Shown here in pieces: positions 51,801 through 61,307 of a stretch of 64,000 nt of DNA. A program made the translations under genes and the position numbers. The DNA comes from Haliotis rubra (Eukaryota): assembly GCF_003918875.1 (NCBI RefSeq), contig NW_025767157.1, positions 1,922,001 through 1,986,000 on the forward strand. Reading direction: 5' to 3'. Position 1 is the stretch's first letter. Every line of letters starts with the position of its first letter. The notes below the pieces were generated by a model. It worked only from the letters and a program-made list of their open reading frames with translations. It made no database searches and had not been told where the DNA came from.

Positions 51801-54800
51801 GAACCATCCACCAATTTCCATTCTCCGTGGACTATTCCATGTTGCTAGTGGTGTGGAGCCCTCTTGTAAGACATTGATAGTCATATGATTCACTCATGGC
51901 CTACTGTTTGGAAAAAAGACAAGCAGCAAATAGTTATCTCAACTCAAGTTTAAACTTTCAAGATAGACATCTGACTTGGGAATATTCTTCATGTAACTGT
52001 CATCATGCTGCAGTTTGTGATGCTCGTGACGTTTTTTCACATGATGATTTGCTTCTCGCTGCAATAACAAAACAATCTCTTCATATATAACCTTTTCCTA
52101 TCACATGAAGGGAGTAATCCTTAAAGGATTCTGACCTGTCAGACGTTGCAATCCAAGGAAAATACCTCAATGATACAGCCCTGTCTCCCTTACTAAAGGA
52201 ACATCTTCCCCAAGGGTCTCCCCTACATGTCAGTCATGCATGCCATGCTACACTATGTCATGGGTACAGACAGATACTACAGAATTTGGTCCGCCATGTC
52301 ACAGCTATGCCTACTTCCTCTAACCACCCACCATCATGGCTACAGTTGCTACAGACTTCAGTCAACTTGGTAGGACAATGCCTCCCCCACCCACCCATGG
52401 CTACCTACAGACTTCACCCCAGGGCCTCCCACCCACCCACCATCATGGCTACAGTTGCTACAGACTTCAGTCAACTTGGCAGGGCTATGTCCTACACCCA
52501 CTGTCATGGCTACAGTTGCTATAGGCTTCAGTCAACTTGGTAGGGCAATGCCCCCTTCCACCCACCCACCATCATGGCTACAGTTGCTACAGACTTCAGT
52601 CAACTTGGTAAGGCAATGGCCCCCACCCACCATCATGGCTACAGTTGCTACAGACTTCAGTCAACTTGGTAGGACAATGCCCCCCTCTCCTCCCACCCAC
52701 CCACCATCATGGCTACAGTTGATACAGACTTCAGTCAACTTGGCAGGGCAATGCCCCCACGCACCATCATGGCTACAGACTTCAGTCAACTTGGCAGGAC
52801 AATGCCCCCACCCACCATCATGGCTACAGTTGCTACAGACTTTCATCAACTTGGCACAGCAATGCGCTCCCACCCACCTCCTTGTCCTCCTTTAACTGCT
52901 GTTTCTTCAGCTGAGCCTCGTTCTTCAGACGGATGTCTTTCCGTTGCTGTGTGACCTTGGTGTCCAGCTTGTCCCTGTACTCCTGGTAGTAGTAGTTCCT
53001 CAGCTTCTTCAAGTCCTCCAGCACCTGCATGTGCTTCTGCAACACACACATCCCTAACATTACACCCGTAGCCTGTCAGGATCATTGAGCTCACACACTT
53101 CCCTAACATTACACCCAGAGCCTGTCAGGATCATTGAGCTCACACACGTCCCTAACATTACACCCAGAGCCTGTCAGGATCATTGAGCTCACACACTTCC
53201 CTAACATTACACCCGTAGCCTGTCAGGATCATTGAGCTTCCACACGTCCCTAACATTACACCCAGAGCCTGTCAGGATCATTGAGCTCACACACGTCCCT
53301 AACATTACACTCGTAGCCATTTCAGGATCATTGAGCTTCCACACGTCCCTAACATTACACCAGTAGCCTGTCAGGATCATTGAGCTCACACACGTCCCTA
53401 ACATTACACCCGTAGCCTGTCAGGATCATTGAGCTCACACACGTCCCTAACATTACACCAGTAGCCTGTCAGGATCATTGAGCTTTCAGGGGCGGATACA
53501 GCTTTTTGAGAAAGGGCCGAGGGAGTGCAGGATCTTGAGACAGCGGAGGGGTGCACACTTCATTTTCACAAGAGTTTCAGAGATGCACACCCTACATCCC
53601 CATTCTGAATCCGCCTATGGCTCCCACACGTCACTCTCATTTCCATTTTAGAACCTATACAACACAAACAGTCTAGAAGACCATCACATGTTCATGAGTT
53701 CTCATTTAATCAGGACAAACATATTTCAAGAATGTATACAATGAAATAGCATAAAAGAAAACAGTAAAAAAAAACTTTTCTTTATTTGTCCTAGTATGAG
53801 TGAAATACATGGTACTTCTACAAAGCCATAAACTTTGTTATTACTTGTATTGGGTAATGTATTTTTCCAATGTGGCAATATTAACATTTGCTGCAGACTT
53901 GGGGCCAAACATCATCCCCTGAGCAGTCTGGATAAATCACTGCAGAAACTACCACTGGTAGTCACTGCCTGAGAGCTGACCATATTATTTTCCACTCTTA
54001 TTTTCATTATTAAAAGGACAACTGATAACGGTGTGAAAAAATGTAAAATCTTTACTATTTTGGTTTAATGCACACACTAAACATGCTAAAGATCACAAAA
54101 ACTGGCTGTGGTGCACCGATAGACGGATATACTTCAACCCATCAAAGACGGAACTTTGTAAGCATACCTCCTCCTTCAGTTTTTCCTTCTCTCTATCCTT
54201 CTCATCATCACTGTAAAATGTGGTTGATCTCTTCCTCTTCTTTTCCTTTTGTTCCCTTGCAGCTCGCGCCTACAAATAACATAGTGAATCTGGATCAGGT
54301 ACAGTCTTTTTGGTGTAGATGACAGGGTGTATGAAATATTCATGACAATATATCCATGCAGCTATATTTGTTTGCATTCGGAGGTCCCTGGTTCTATCTA
54401 TACAGCTCTGATATTGTAGAAGCCTCCTCACTGACAATGTGACACAACTTCAGGCAGAGGCATCCTCAGGTCTTTATGCAGAGGTGTGTCACATCACAAG
54501 CCAAAATGTGGCATTAACGAAACTGTATATTTAACAAATAAACAAGCAAAAGGTTGATGGATGAGACCATGAAGTGCAATACGATTAAATGGGGTTTAAC
54601 ATATCAGTCAGTATTATTACACTGCTACAAATATGTGCATCCACAGATGTGTATGTGGCTGCTTGTACTGGCCAGGCTAATGTCAGGTGTAGTTTTAACT
54701 CATGCTGCAGGTAAACATGGATACCCAACTCAGACACATTATAGTGACCCTGAGCTAACCAATTCCCTTGTGTCCCCACATGGAGACAAGCATGGATGTA

Positions 54801-56648
54801 GCCTGTCATGAGGTTATTACCTTAGCTCGTGCCTGTTTTCTTTCATCCAACCCGTATTCTGTGAGGGGCGTGGGGAGACTTGGCTTGTGGGGCGATGGCC
54901 TTCTTTTCACTTTAGACAAATCTACCTGAACTGCTGGTCTGTTTGACTTCCCTCTAGAATGTGCCTTGAAGCAAAGGAAATACATATTGTAGAAAACAAC
55001 TTCTAAATACTACTACTTTGCAGGAAATTACATGTCATTGAGAATTAATTAAATAAGTCCTTACCAATAGAGAAAAACTTTCCACATTTTCTACTTCTAA
55101 AAGAAAATTCAAATTTTTTTTGAGGATATTCCATATTTGAAAAAATGTTTTAAGAAAATAGATATTGCCTAACATACTGTTTATAAGAAGTTATTATGAC
55201 AAGGATTTAAATGATACCACATGGACAAAGTCCACAGACGAGATTTCCCAAATCCTGTTAACAAAGTTATAATCAATGTTGTGGCTTTGTGGAGGTGGTA
55301 AGTATTTTACGCACAAAAGGATCTAAAAAGTGGATAAAGTGTTATTGTATAGTTTTGTATACAAATGTATTATTGCATGATATCCAATGTAAAAACAGAT
55401 TCAAAACAATCCAATAAATTAGCATCCACACCGAAACATCACATCTATTGCAATAAAGTAGTTGTCTAACCACAAAAATTGTTCCTCCTCATTTTTAAAG
55501 AAGTATAGAGTACAGAGTTTAAGAGTTGTTGTTTTAAGTGAAACCAATGTTGATATAAACATGTGTATCATGTGTATACTCAAAGCCTACAGTACAACAT
55601 CTTTACATGAACAAGATGAATTATGGGACATTGTAGGTTTTACTATTTCTTCCTGCAGAAGAATACATCATCATCAGTAACCATCAGATATAGTAACATA
55701 TCAAATTCTTTGAAGTTCAAACATTCCATAAATATAATTATGTTTATGAACTGATATACTAAGATTACAACACTTTTCTATTAACCTCTTTTTGACAGAA
55801 ACCTATTCTGAGACAGACAATATTTACATTCTTAACATTTTGATGAATTCTTACTTTTGATGAATAATTAATTTGTATTGTTCAATTTGTCGACTCATCC
55901 AATTTTCAGAGAAATTATCAGCCAAAATGTTTGTCAATTGATTGATGTCCTTTAGGCAGATGAGCATAGTAGAATTCAGTCATCCTTTGGAATTAAGAGG
56001 GGAAAAAAAATCTTCCTAATCATGCTAATGGTGCTCGCAATAATCATGGCAAAAATATTCAACGATTATTGATATGACCAGAGTGTCACCAATAATATCT
56101 AACATAAACTATTGTGATGTCTGAAGTTTAAATTTACTCACACAAAACACTCTCCATCTGTATTCAGATTATTTAAATTATGTTCTGATTGTTGTCATTT
56201 TAGTAATGCATAAAAATGTGTCACCACTCACCAGTGACCTGAAATCCGAAAAATGTTGATTTCTTCGTCCTTCTTTTGCATTCTAGCACCAAAATATTTT
56301 CCCGATATTTATTTAAAATCAATGAATACTTAGTTATCGATACGTTATTTAGTTTACCTATCTGTGTAATCTGTGATGTATGGTCTGTATCAATAGCCAG
56401 CTAATGTAGACGTTTCTTGCATATGTGTTTGTTTACGTTATCAGGCTAGGTTTGGCGAGTCAAAGAATCAGTTCGTTCTATGTGTTCGTCTTGTGTACTC
56501 CAGAATATCCATCACAAACGAAGCTTCGGGTTACCTTCTTTGGCAATTGTGGTTTCTGTCCTGGGCTCTCTGCATTCTTGTTATTTTCTGCATCTGGTGA
56601 TAGATTTTCATCGTCTGTTTTGGCTAACTCGTCCTCTGAGTCCGCCAT
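39521..56648 (-). CDS. Uncharacterised Lys/Glu-rich coiled-coil protein, ~14 coding exons, ~520 aa
   Basis: Phase-consistent exons 56535-56648 (MADSEDELAK...), 54821-54964, 54168-54269, 52878-53036 (KHMQVLEDLKKLRNYYYQEY...), 51960/51969-52058, ~51207-51321 (ILGLQEKMLKEGKLRGQDDLDRFW), 50600-50772, 49100-49168, 48603-48668 (LEMPPLHCFTMDLG), 47946-48055, 44637-44697, 40737-40921, 39913-40006 (PLPLTMEEV), 39521-39598 (EAKALSSLWPNY...*). Strong acceptors and GC-rich codon usage against AT-rich introns. Confidence 0.8.
41198..44506. repeat. 27-bp minisatellite, ~120 copies, filling most of one intron
   Basis: Unit ATGCACTACACTGAAGGCAGGTGTTCT with a few recurrent variants; lies in the 40922-44636 intron of the minus-strand gene. 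Confidence 0.98.
45678..45806. repeat. (CA)n microsatellite, interrupted
   Basis: Long acacac runs. Confidence 0.97.
46230..46382 (-). mobile_element. SINE family A, older copy
   Basis: Reverse family-A similarity (CACCAGAAATGGGCT...CGCTTTAACCAC). Confidence 0.75.
46626..46790 (-). mobile_element. SINE family A, young copy inserted in a degenerate family-B element
   Basis: Near-consensus copy with CpGs intact; flanking repeat CCAGACCACA(T/C)AATA. Confidence 0.9.
46997..47657 (-). mobile_element. SINE-like family B interrupted by a MITE
   Basis: GCAATATTCCAGCTA at 47026-47040 resumes as TATATGGTGGCGATCTGTAAATAATCGAG at 47473. Confidence 0.85.
47041..47472. mobile_element. pogo/Tigger-like MITE
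   Basis: Perfect 26-bp TIRs CAGTCAACTCTCGTTAATCCGACACT, TA TSD, subterminal TTAATCCGAC repeats. Confidence 0.9.
49277..50090. repeat. 34-bp minisatellite (~25 units) containing TTGTTTAC
   Basis: Unit TGACATCACTTGTTTACCATCACTATGTTTGATA, with 32-bp and 20-bp variants. Confidence 0.95.
51322..51463. repeat. 58-bp duplication abutting a 3' splice site
   Basis: GACATGGGATACAGTAGGGGGACACTGACTGGTAATGAAGAGGA at 51333 and 51391. Confidence 0.85.
52322..52877. repeat. ~55-70-bp minisatellite (~8 units) abutting a 5' splice site
   Basis: CCCACCCACCATCATGGCTACAGTTGCTACAGACTTCAGTCAACTTGG..CAATGCCCC repeated up to the exon donor at 52877. Confidence 0.92.
53042..53486. repeat. 49-bp minisatellite (9 units) abutting a 3' splice site
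   Basis: CCCTAACATTACACCCGTAGCCTGTCAGGATCATTGAGCTCACACACGT with period 49 from 53052; a MITE (53487-53619) is inserted in the last unit. Confidence 0.95.
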
Positions 56649-59149
56649 TTTAGTTGATACAGTTTCCCGGACTACAGCCTCGCTTTGAAAACAAGGGCCA
56701 TAACTACTATGCAACTGAAATTTTGACGACTTGAAATTACAAGCATCATTATTAACAGTTCGAGCCATCGTATCCGATGTCTCGGTAAGAAAATGTTTGG
56801 TTTGTATATATTTGAAAATATATGGGAACGCGTCATCAAATAGTTCAGTATATATACAGTGACTATCTTATTTGGCATGGCCAAGCGGGAGTAATTATGT
56901 TTATCGTTTCAGATTAATGAACTGCTGTCTCTACAGTTGTTATCACCCACTTGAAATATAATCGAATGATCGTATAAACAATACCAGTGATGTGCAGTGA
57001 TTATTAACACTGAAAACTCTGTCTGGACCTGACTAGCAATCGAAATTAGAACCGTTTACGTTCCTTCTCCTATTTGAAGCGCTCGTAAAATACCCATTTC
57101 GACCCATCTTTTTAACCAAGTATAACCAAACATATTCAATGAAACAAACATAATAGCTTTTTTAAATGTACATCTATACACATTAACTCACAGAAATGAA
57201 AATGTTACCATGAATATTTCTTTTGAATTTTTCTCCTCGCCGACACCATGATATATGCTGTTCTTCCTTCAGATTGCATTTTTCCCAGCTTGATAAGAGA
57301 GCGTTTCTTAGAAAGTGTTTCACGGCCTGAATTCCATCAAACATGATTATAACACCCACACTCTCACTGACGTTATATTGGGAATATTGTTCAGATATGA
57401 CGTTCTCAAGTAAAGGCTCTTGTCCACCGTTCATCCATGCTTTCTTCCATAGCGACAGCTAACAGCCAGCGACAATGAAGTGACCATCGACATTGCATGT
57501 TTTATTGCTGTAACTAATTTATAAATTACCTTGACGCTGTATATATAAATAAAAAGAAAAACATTTACATTTTAAAAATATATGCGCCAATTACTTCTTC
57601 ATATTTTGAATCGATCAACTTACTTTTGCAACATCGTAAAAGCACATCCTTACAAAATCATACCTTTATGATAATCTTAGCTTTCAGACTGACTGGATGA
57701 ACAAAGATCTAAGTGCTGTGTTTAGTTATGCCCATAAATTTCTCCCCAAAATTTCAGTAGCTTTTAACTCAGTAAGACACAACGTCTTTACCTGTGTTCC
57801 TTCAAGCGTGACCACGAGGCTGCGCCGTATCACTGTGTATACGCGAGATCTGAAGAAAAGAGACGCACTGACACCTCCGGCGCTTACTTTATGAGTGTTT
57901 AATATCTCACATAATATATTCGATCAGCTTGACAAATTTCACCCAAGAAGCATGACAACTGCATCTACCCAACGTTGTCATTTATCAAGCGTTTTGCTTG
58001 TCACGTTCTTCAACGTTTTTTACGTCACACGATTGGGACGCTTTAAAAGAGCCACGCGCCGTTGAATTGCTATCTGTCAGGACGATAATGACTCTCGCCC
58101 ATCCGAATGGTTTTATGCGCGAGAAATGCCTTTTGGAATGCTTGGCTATCATCACTGTTGTTGTCAGTGTTCGACTTAGCGAGAGCATACGGCACATCTG
58201 GGTCAGCGAACAGCGGTTCCCGGACACAATATTATTACTTAGATTCAAAAGAATCTCTCATGCATATATATTGAGATTTTCATCTTTCGTACGGTGAGAA
58301 ACATAATCCGTAAGAGTTATCTTTCTTTGGCTTATTTGTGTACAAACCGCCAGAGGGCATTACATGATTGCGTCGTCTGCTCTTTCCCGCGCGTGGATCT
58401 TGTAGCCCAAGGCATCCTGAGTTATTAACACGATTTATGGCAATACTTAAATCAAGTTTTAGTTTAAAAGTTATTTTTTAAATATACCCCTTCATATCTC
58501 AATGCTGCTGTTACATGATTTTGAACAGAGTTGGGTGAAGCACTTCTCCCGATGAAGCCGTCTAGCAGCACGTGACTGACAATCCAGTTATTGATTTTGA
58601 AACAGAGGAATAACGACAGTAGGCTTGTTGGGAAACAAATCATTACGAACGATACATCTCAATTACATTTGTATCCCAAACAAACACGTGCTCCTGTTTG
58701 CATCATATATCAAATCAACGAGTAGGCAGTGTTTGCTAAGAAGTTAGAAGTTTCAAAAGTTTTGGTGAGTCGAGCTGTTGGGTGGATTATATAGTTGTGG
58801 TTGAGAGTATGGCTGTAATTTGTCGTTTAGCATGTAGAGCGTGGAAGATTGCAGTTGTCGTCTTGTGAACTGTTTGTGCTCATCTGATGCCGGTATAGAA
58901 GTTTGCGCCTCCTCTAGAATAGAAGCTGTGGACACTTGTTTGTCGTTCTTTGACTCCAGGTTCCCCTTTCATACCAATCGCCCGCCGTAGGACGAGCAAA
59001 TAGGTTGCAAAGAAAGAACCGGAATGGTCCGCCTAAATGTGAACAAGTTTGAATGAATACGGCCATTATTACGATGGAAGAATGAGTCCCCGGTTGATCA
59101 ACGATTGAAAGGCGGTAGTCGAGAAAAGTGGACAGAGGCAGTGATTGAC

Positions 59150-59260
59150 ACATAACAAGGTGAGTGATGGGCCTGGCTGTGTACGCTGAGAGGGAAGGGG
59201 GCGGAGCTACCAAGAATAACACTAACGCTTATTGGCTCACAGCCGTGTGAAACCGAGCAC
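59150..59260 (+). promoter_or_regulatory. Frizzled-4 proximal promoter
   Basis: GC box GGGGCGGAG (~59198-59206) and inverted CCAAT ATTGGCT (~59231) in CpG-rich sequence ~350 bp upstream of the ATG. Confidence 0.55.
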
Positions 59261-59588
59261 TGATGAATCCGACAGTGTAGCCTGTTTTCAATGCATCCAC
59301 GAATGATTCTCTCACAGATTTCATGTAGCCTCGGTCGATGCGGTGCGTGTTTTGTGTCCCGTCTTCATTGAGAGGGAGTCCTAAGTTAAGGACCCGATGC
59401 ATGGATGTACCCTAAACGCCGTGAGTACCCAGAGACCATCATGGAACTCGCCATGACAGCGTTAGAAGAAGAGGTCGGGAGCCCCGCGGTCTGTTAGAGA
59501 GAGAGAGACAGTGAACGAGGCCCCCTCTCTTTACAACCGCTTGACTAGCAGTTTATTATTGCGTTTACGGAGTACACTATCAGCAGAA

Positions 59589-61307
59589 ATGGGCACTTAC
59601 TTGGCAGTCTACGTGTTGTTAGTGGTCTTCCTGGGCCCGGTACTACTGACCAAAGTGCCCGGAGTTGCTACCTCGGAAGCTGTGAGAACGTGTGAGCCCA
59701 TCAAGTTTGACATGTGCAAGGGCCAGGGGTACAACGTGACTGGCATGCCCAACTTGGTCGACCACAAGGACCAGAAAGACGCCAGCCTTCAGTTACAAAC
59801 ATTCACCCCACTCATACAATACGGGTGCTCGAAGAAACTCAAGTTCTTCCTGTGTTCAGTGTACTTGCCCATGTGTACAGAGAAAGTTCTAACTCCGATC
59901 GGTCCTTGTCGACCTCTGTGTGAGAGTGTTCGGAAACGCTGCCAGCCTGTTTTGAATGAGTTCGGCTATCCCTGGCCCTCGGCTCTCAACTGTTCCAAGT
60001 TTCCAGTTCGTAATGACCAGAACCACATGTGCATGGACGGTCCAGCAGGGGAAGAAGATGACTACCCAGGTGAACCCACGAGAATGAGACCCGAGACAAG
60101 TTCAAATTACCCCCCTCAACATACACTAACACATGGGTCAAGGAACTGCCAACACTACAGACACCCCAAAAAGTATATATATATAAACAGGACAGAACGA
60201 TGTGCTTTAAAGTGTTCGGAGCATGATGCCTTCACAACTGAGGATAAGTTTTTTGCTGACGTTTGGATGGCCATATGGGCCGGGCTATGCTTTGTCGCCA
60301 CTCTGTTTACAGTGCTTACCTTTCTTATAGACTCTCAGAGATTCCGGTACCCTGAGAGACCCATCATCTTCCTATCTATGTGTTACAATATCTACAGTAT
60401 TGCCTACATTGTAAGACTTATTGCAGGACGTCAGTCTATATCGTGTGATAGTACGGACACGGAAAGTCAGAGTGATCAGGGAATTCTCATTCAAGAAGGA
60501 CTGGAGAATACTGATTGTGCTATAGTGTTTTTGTTGTTATATTTCTTTGGCACAGCCAGCTCGTTGTGGTGGGTTGTGTTGACGTTTACATGGTTCCTGT
60601 CGGCGGGGTTGAAGTGGGGACACGAGGCAATCCAGCTCCACTCTAGTTACTTCCATCTGGCAGCGTGGGCCATCCCTGCCATCAAAACTATCGTCATCCT
60701 CGTCATGAGAGACGTGGACGCCGACGAGATCACAGGGATCTGTTACGTAGGGAACCAGAACACTAACACCCTGATGGGGTTCGCCATTGCACCCCTGATC
60801 GTCTACCTCTTAGTAGGAACGTCCTTCCTAGTGGCTGGGTTTGTGGCATTATTCAATATCCGGAAACAGGTGCGTGGGGATGGGGTGAAGACTGACAAGC
60901 TGGAGGTCCTAATGGTCAGAATTGGCATTTTTTCAGTACTGTACACTGCCCCGGCCACGTGTGTGATCGGGTGTCTGCTGTACGAGTACACCAATAGGAC
61001 ATCATGGTATTTTGCTGACAGTACCAATACCCCCAATATTGAGGTGTTCATGTTGAAACTATTCATGTCCCTTGTTGTTGGGATTACAAGTGGCATGTGG
61101 ATGTGGTCAGCCAAAACAGTCAGTTCTTGGAGAAATTTCGGCAAAAAATTGTTTTCAAGGAGAAAGGACCGCAAAAACTGGGAATACGCAGTCCCTGTTC
61201 ACCACTATCACCAAATTCCTCTGAAACCCTCGAATAACAGGACAATACGAATGCAAGAAAAAGCCAAGAGAAATATGAATAAGTCTGACAATGAAACTGT
61301 GGTGTAG
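59589..61307 (+). CDS. FZD4: Frizzled-4 Wnt receptor, single exon, 572 aa
   Basis: Signal peptide from [16 protein letters not shown]; CRD with 10 Cys ([21 protein letters not shown]...[15 protein letters not shown]...[11 protein letters not shown]); 7TM region ([41 protein letters not shown]); KTVSSW Dishevelled motif; C-terminal PDZ ligand ETVV as in FZD4. Confidence 0.97.
   Translation: MGTYLAVYVLLVVFLGPVLLTKVPGVATSEAVRTCEPIKFDMCKGQGYNVTGMPNLVDHKDQKDASLQLQTFTPLIQYGCSKKLKFFLCSVYLPMCTEKVLTPIGPCRPLCESVRKRCQPVLNEFGYPWPSALNCSKFPVRNDQNHMCMDGPAGEEDDYPGEPTRMRPETSSNYPPQHTLTHGSRNCQHYRHPKKYIYINRTERCALKCSEHDAFTTEDKFFADVWMAIWAGLCFVATLFTVLTFLIDSQRFRYPERPIIFLSMCYNIYSIAYIVRLIAGRQSISCDSTDTESQSDQGILIQEGLENTDCAIVFLLLYFFGTASSLWWVVLTFTWFLSAGLKWGHEAIQLHSSYFHLAAWAIPAIKTIVILVMRDVDADEITGICYVGNQNTNTLMGFAIAPLIVYLLVGTSFLVAGFVALFNIRKQVRGDGVKTDKLEVLMVRIGIFSVLYTAPATCVIGCLLYEYTNRTSWYFADSTNTPNIEVFMLKLFMSLVVGITSGMWMWSAKTVSSWRNFGKKLFSRRKDRKNWEYAVPVHHYHQIPLKPSNNRTIRMQEKAKRNMNKSDNETVV

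Noticed and set aside
59511-59588. N-terminal extension of Fzd4 (and 1557-1583 for FoxO) in the ORF track
   Set aside because: These start at GTG codons; the first in-frame ATGs give a proper signal peptide (59589) and the conserved FoxO N-terminus (1556).
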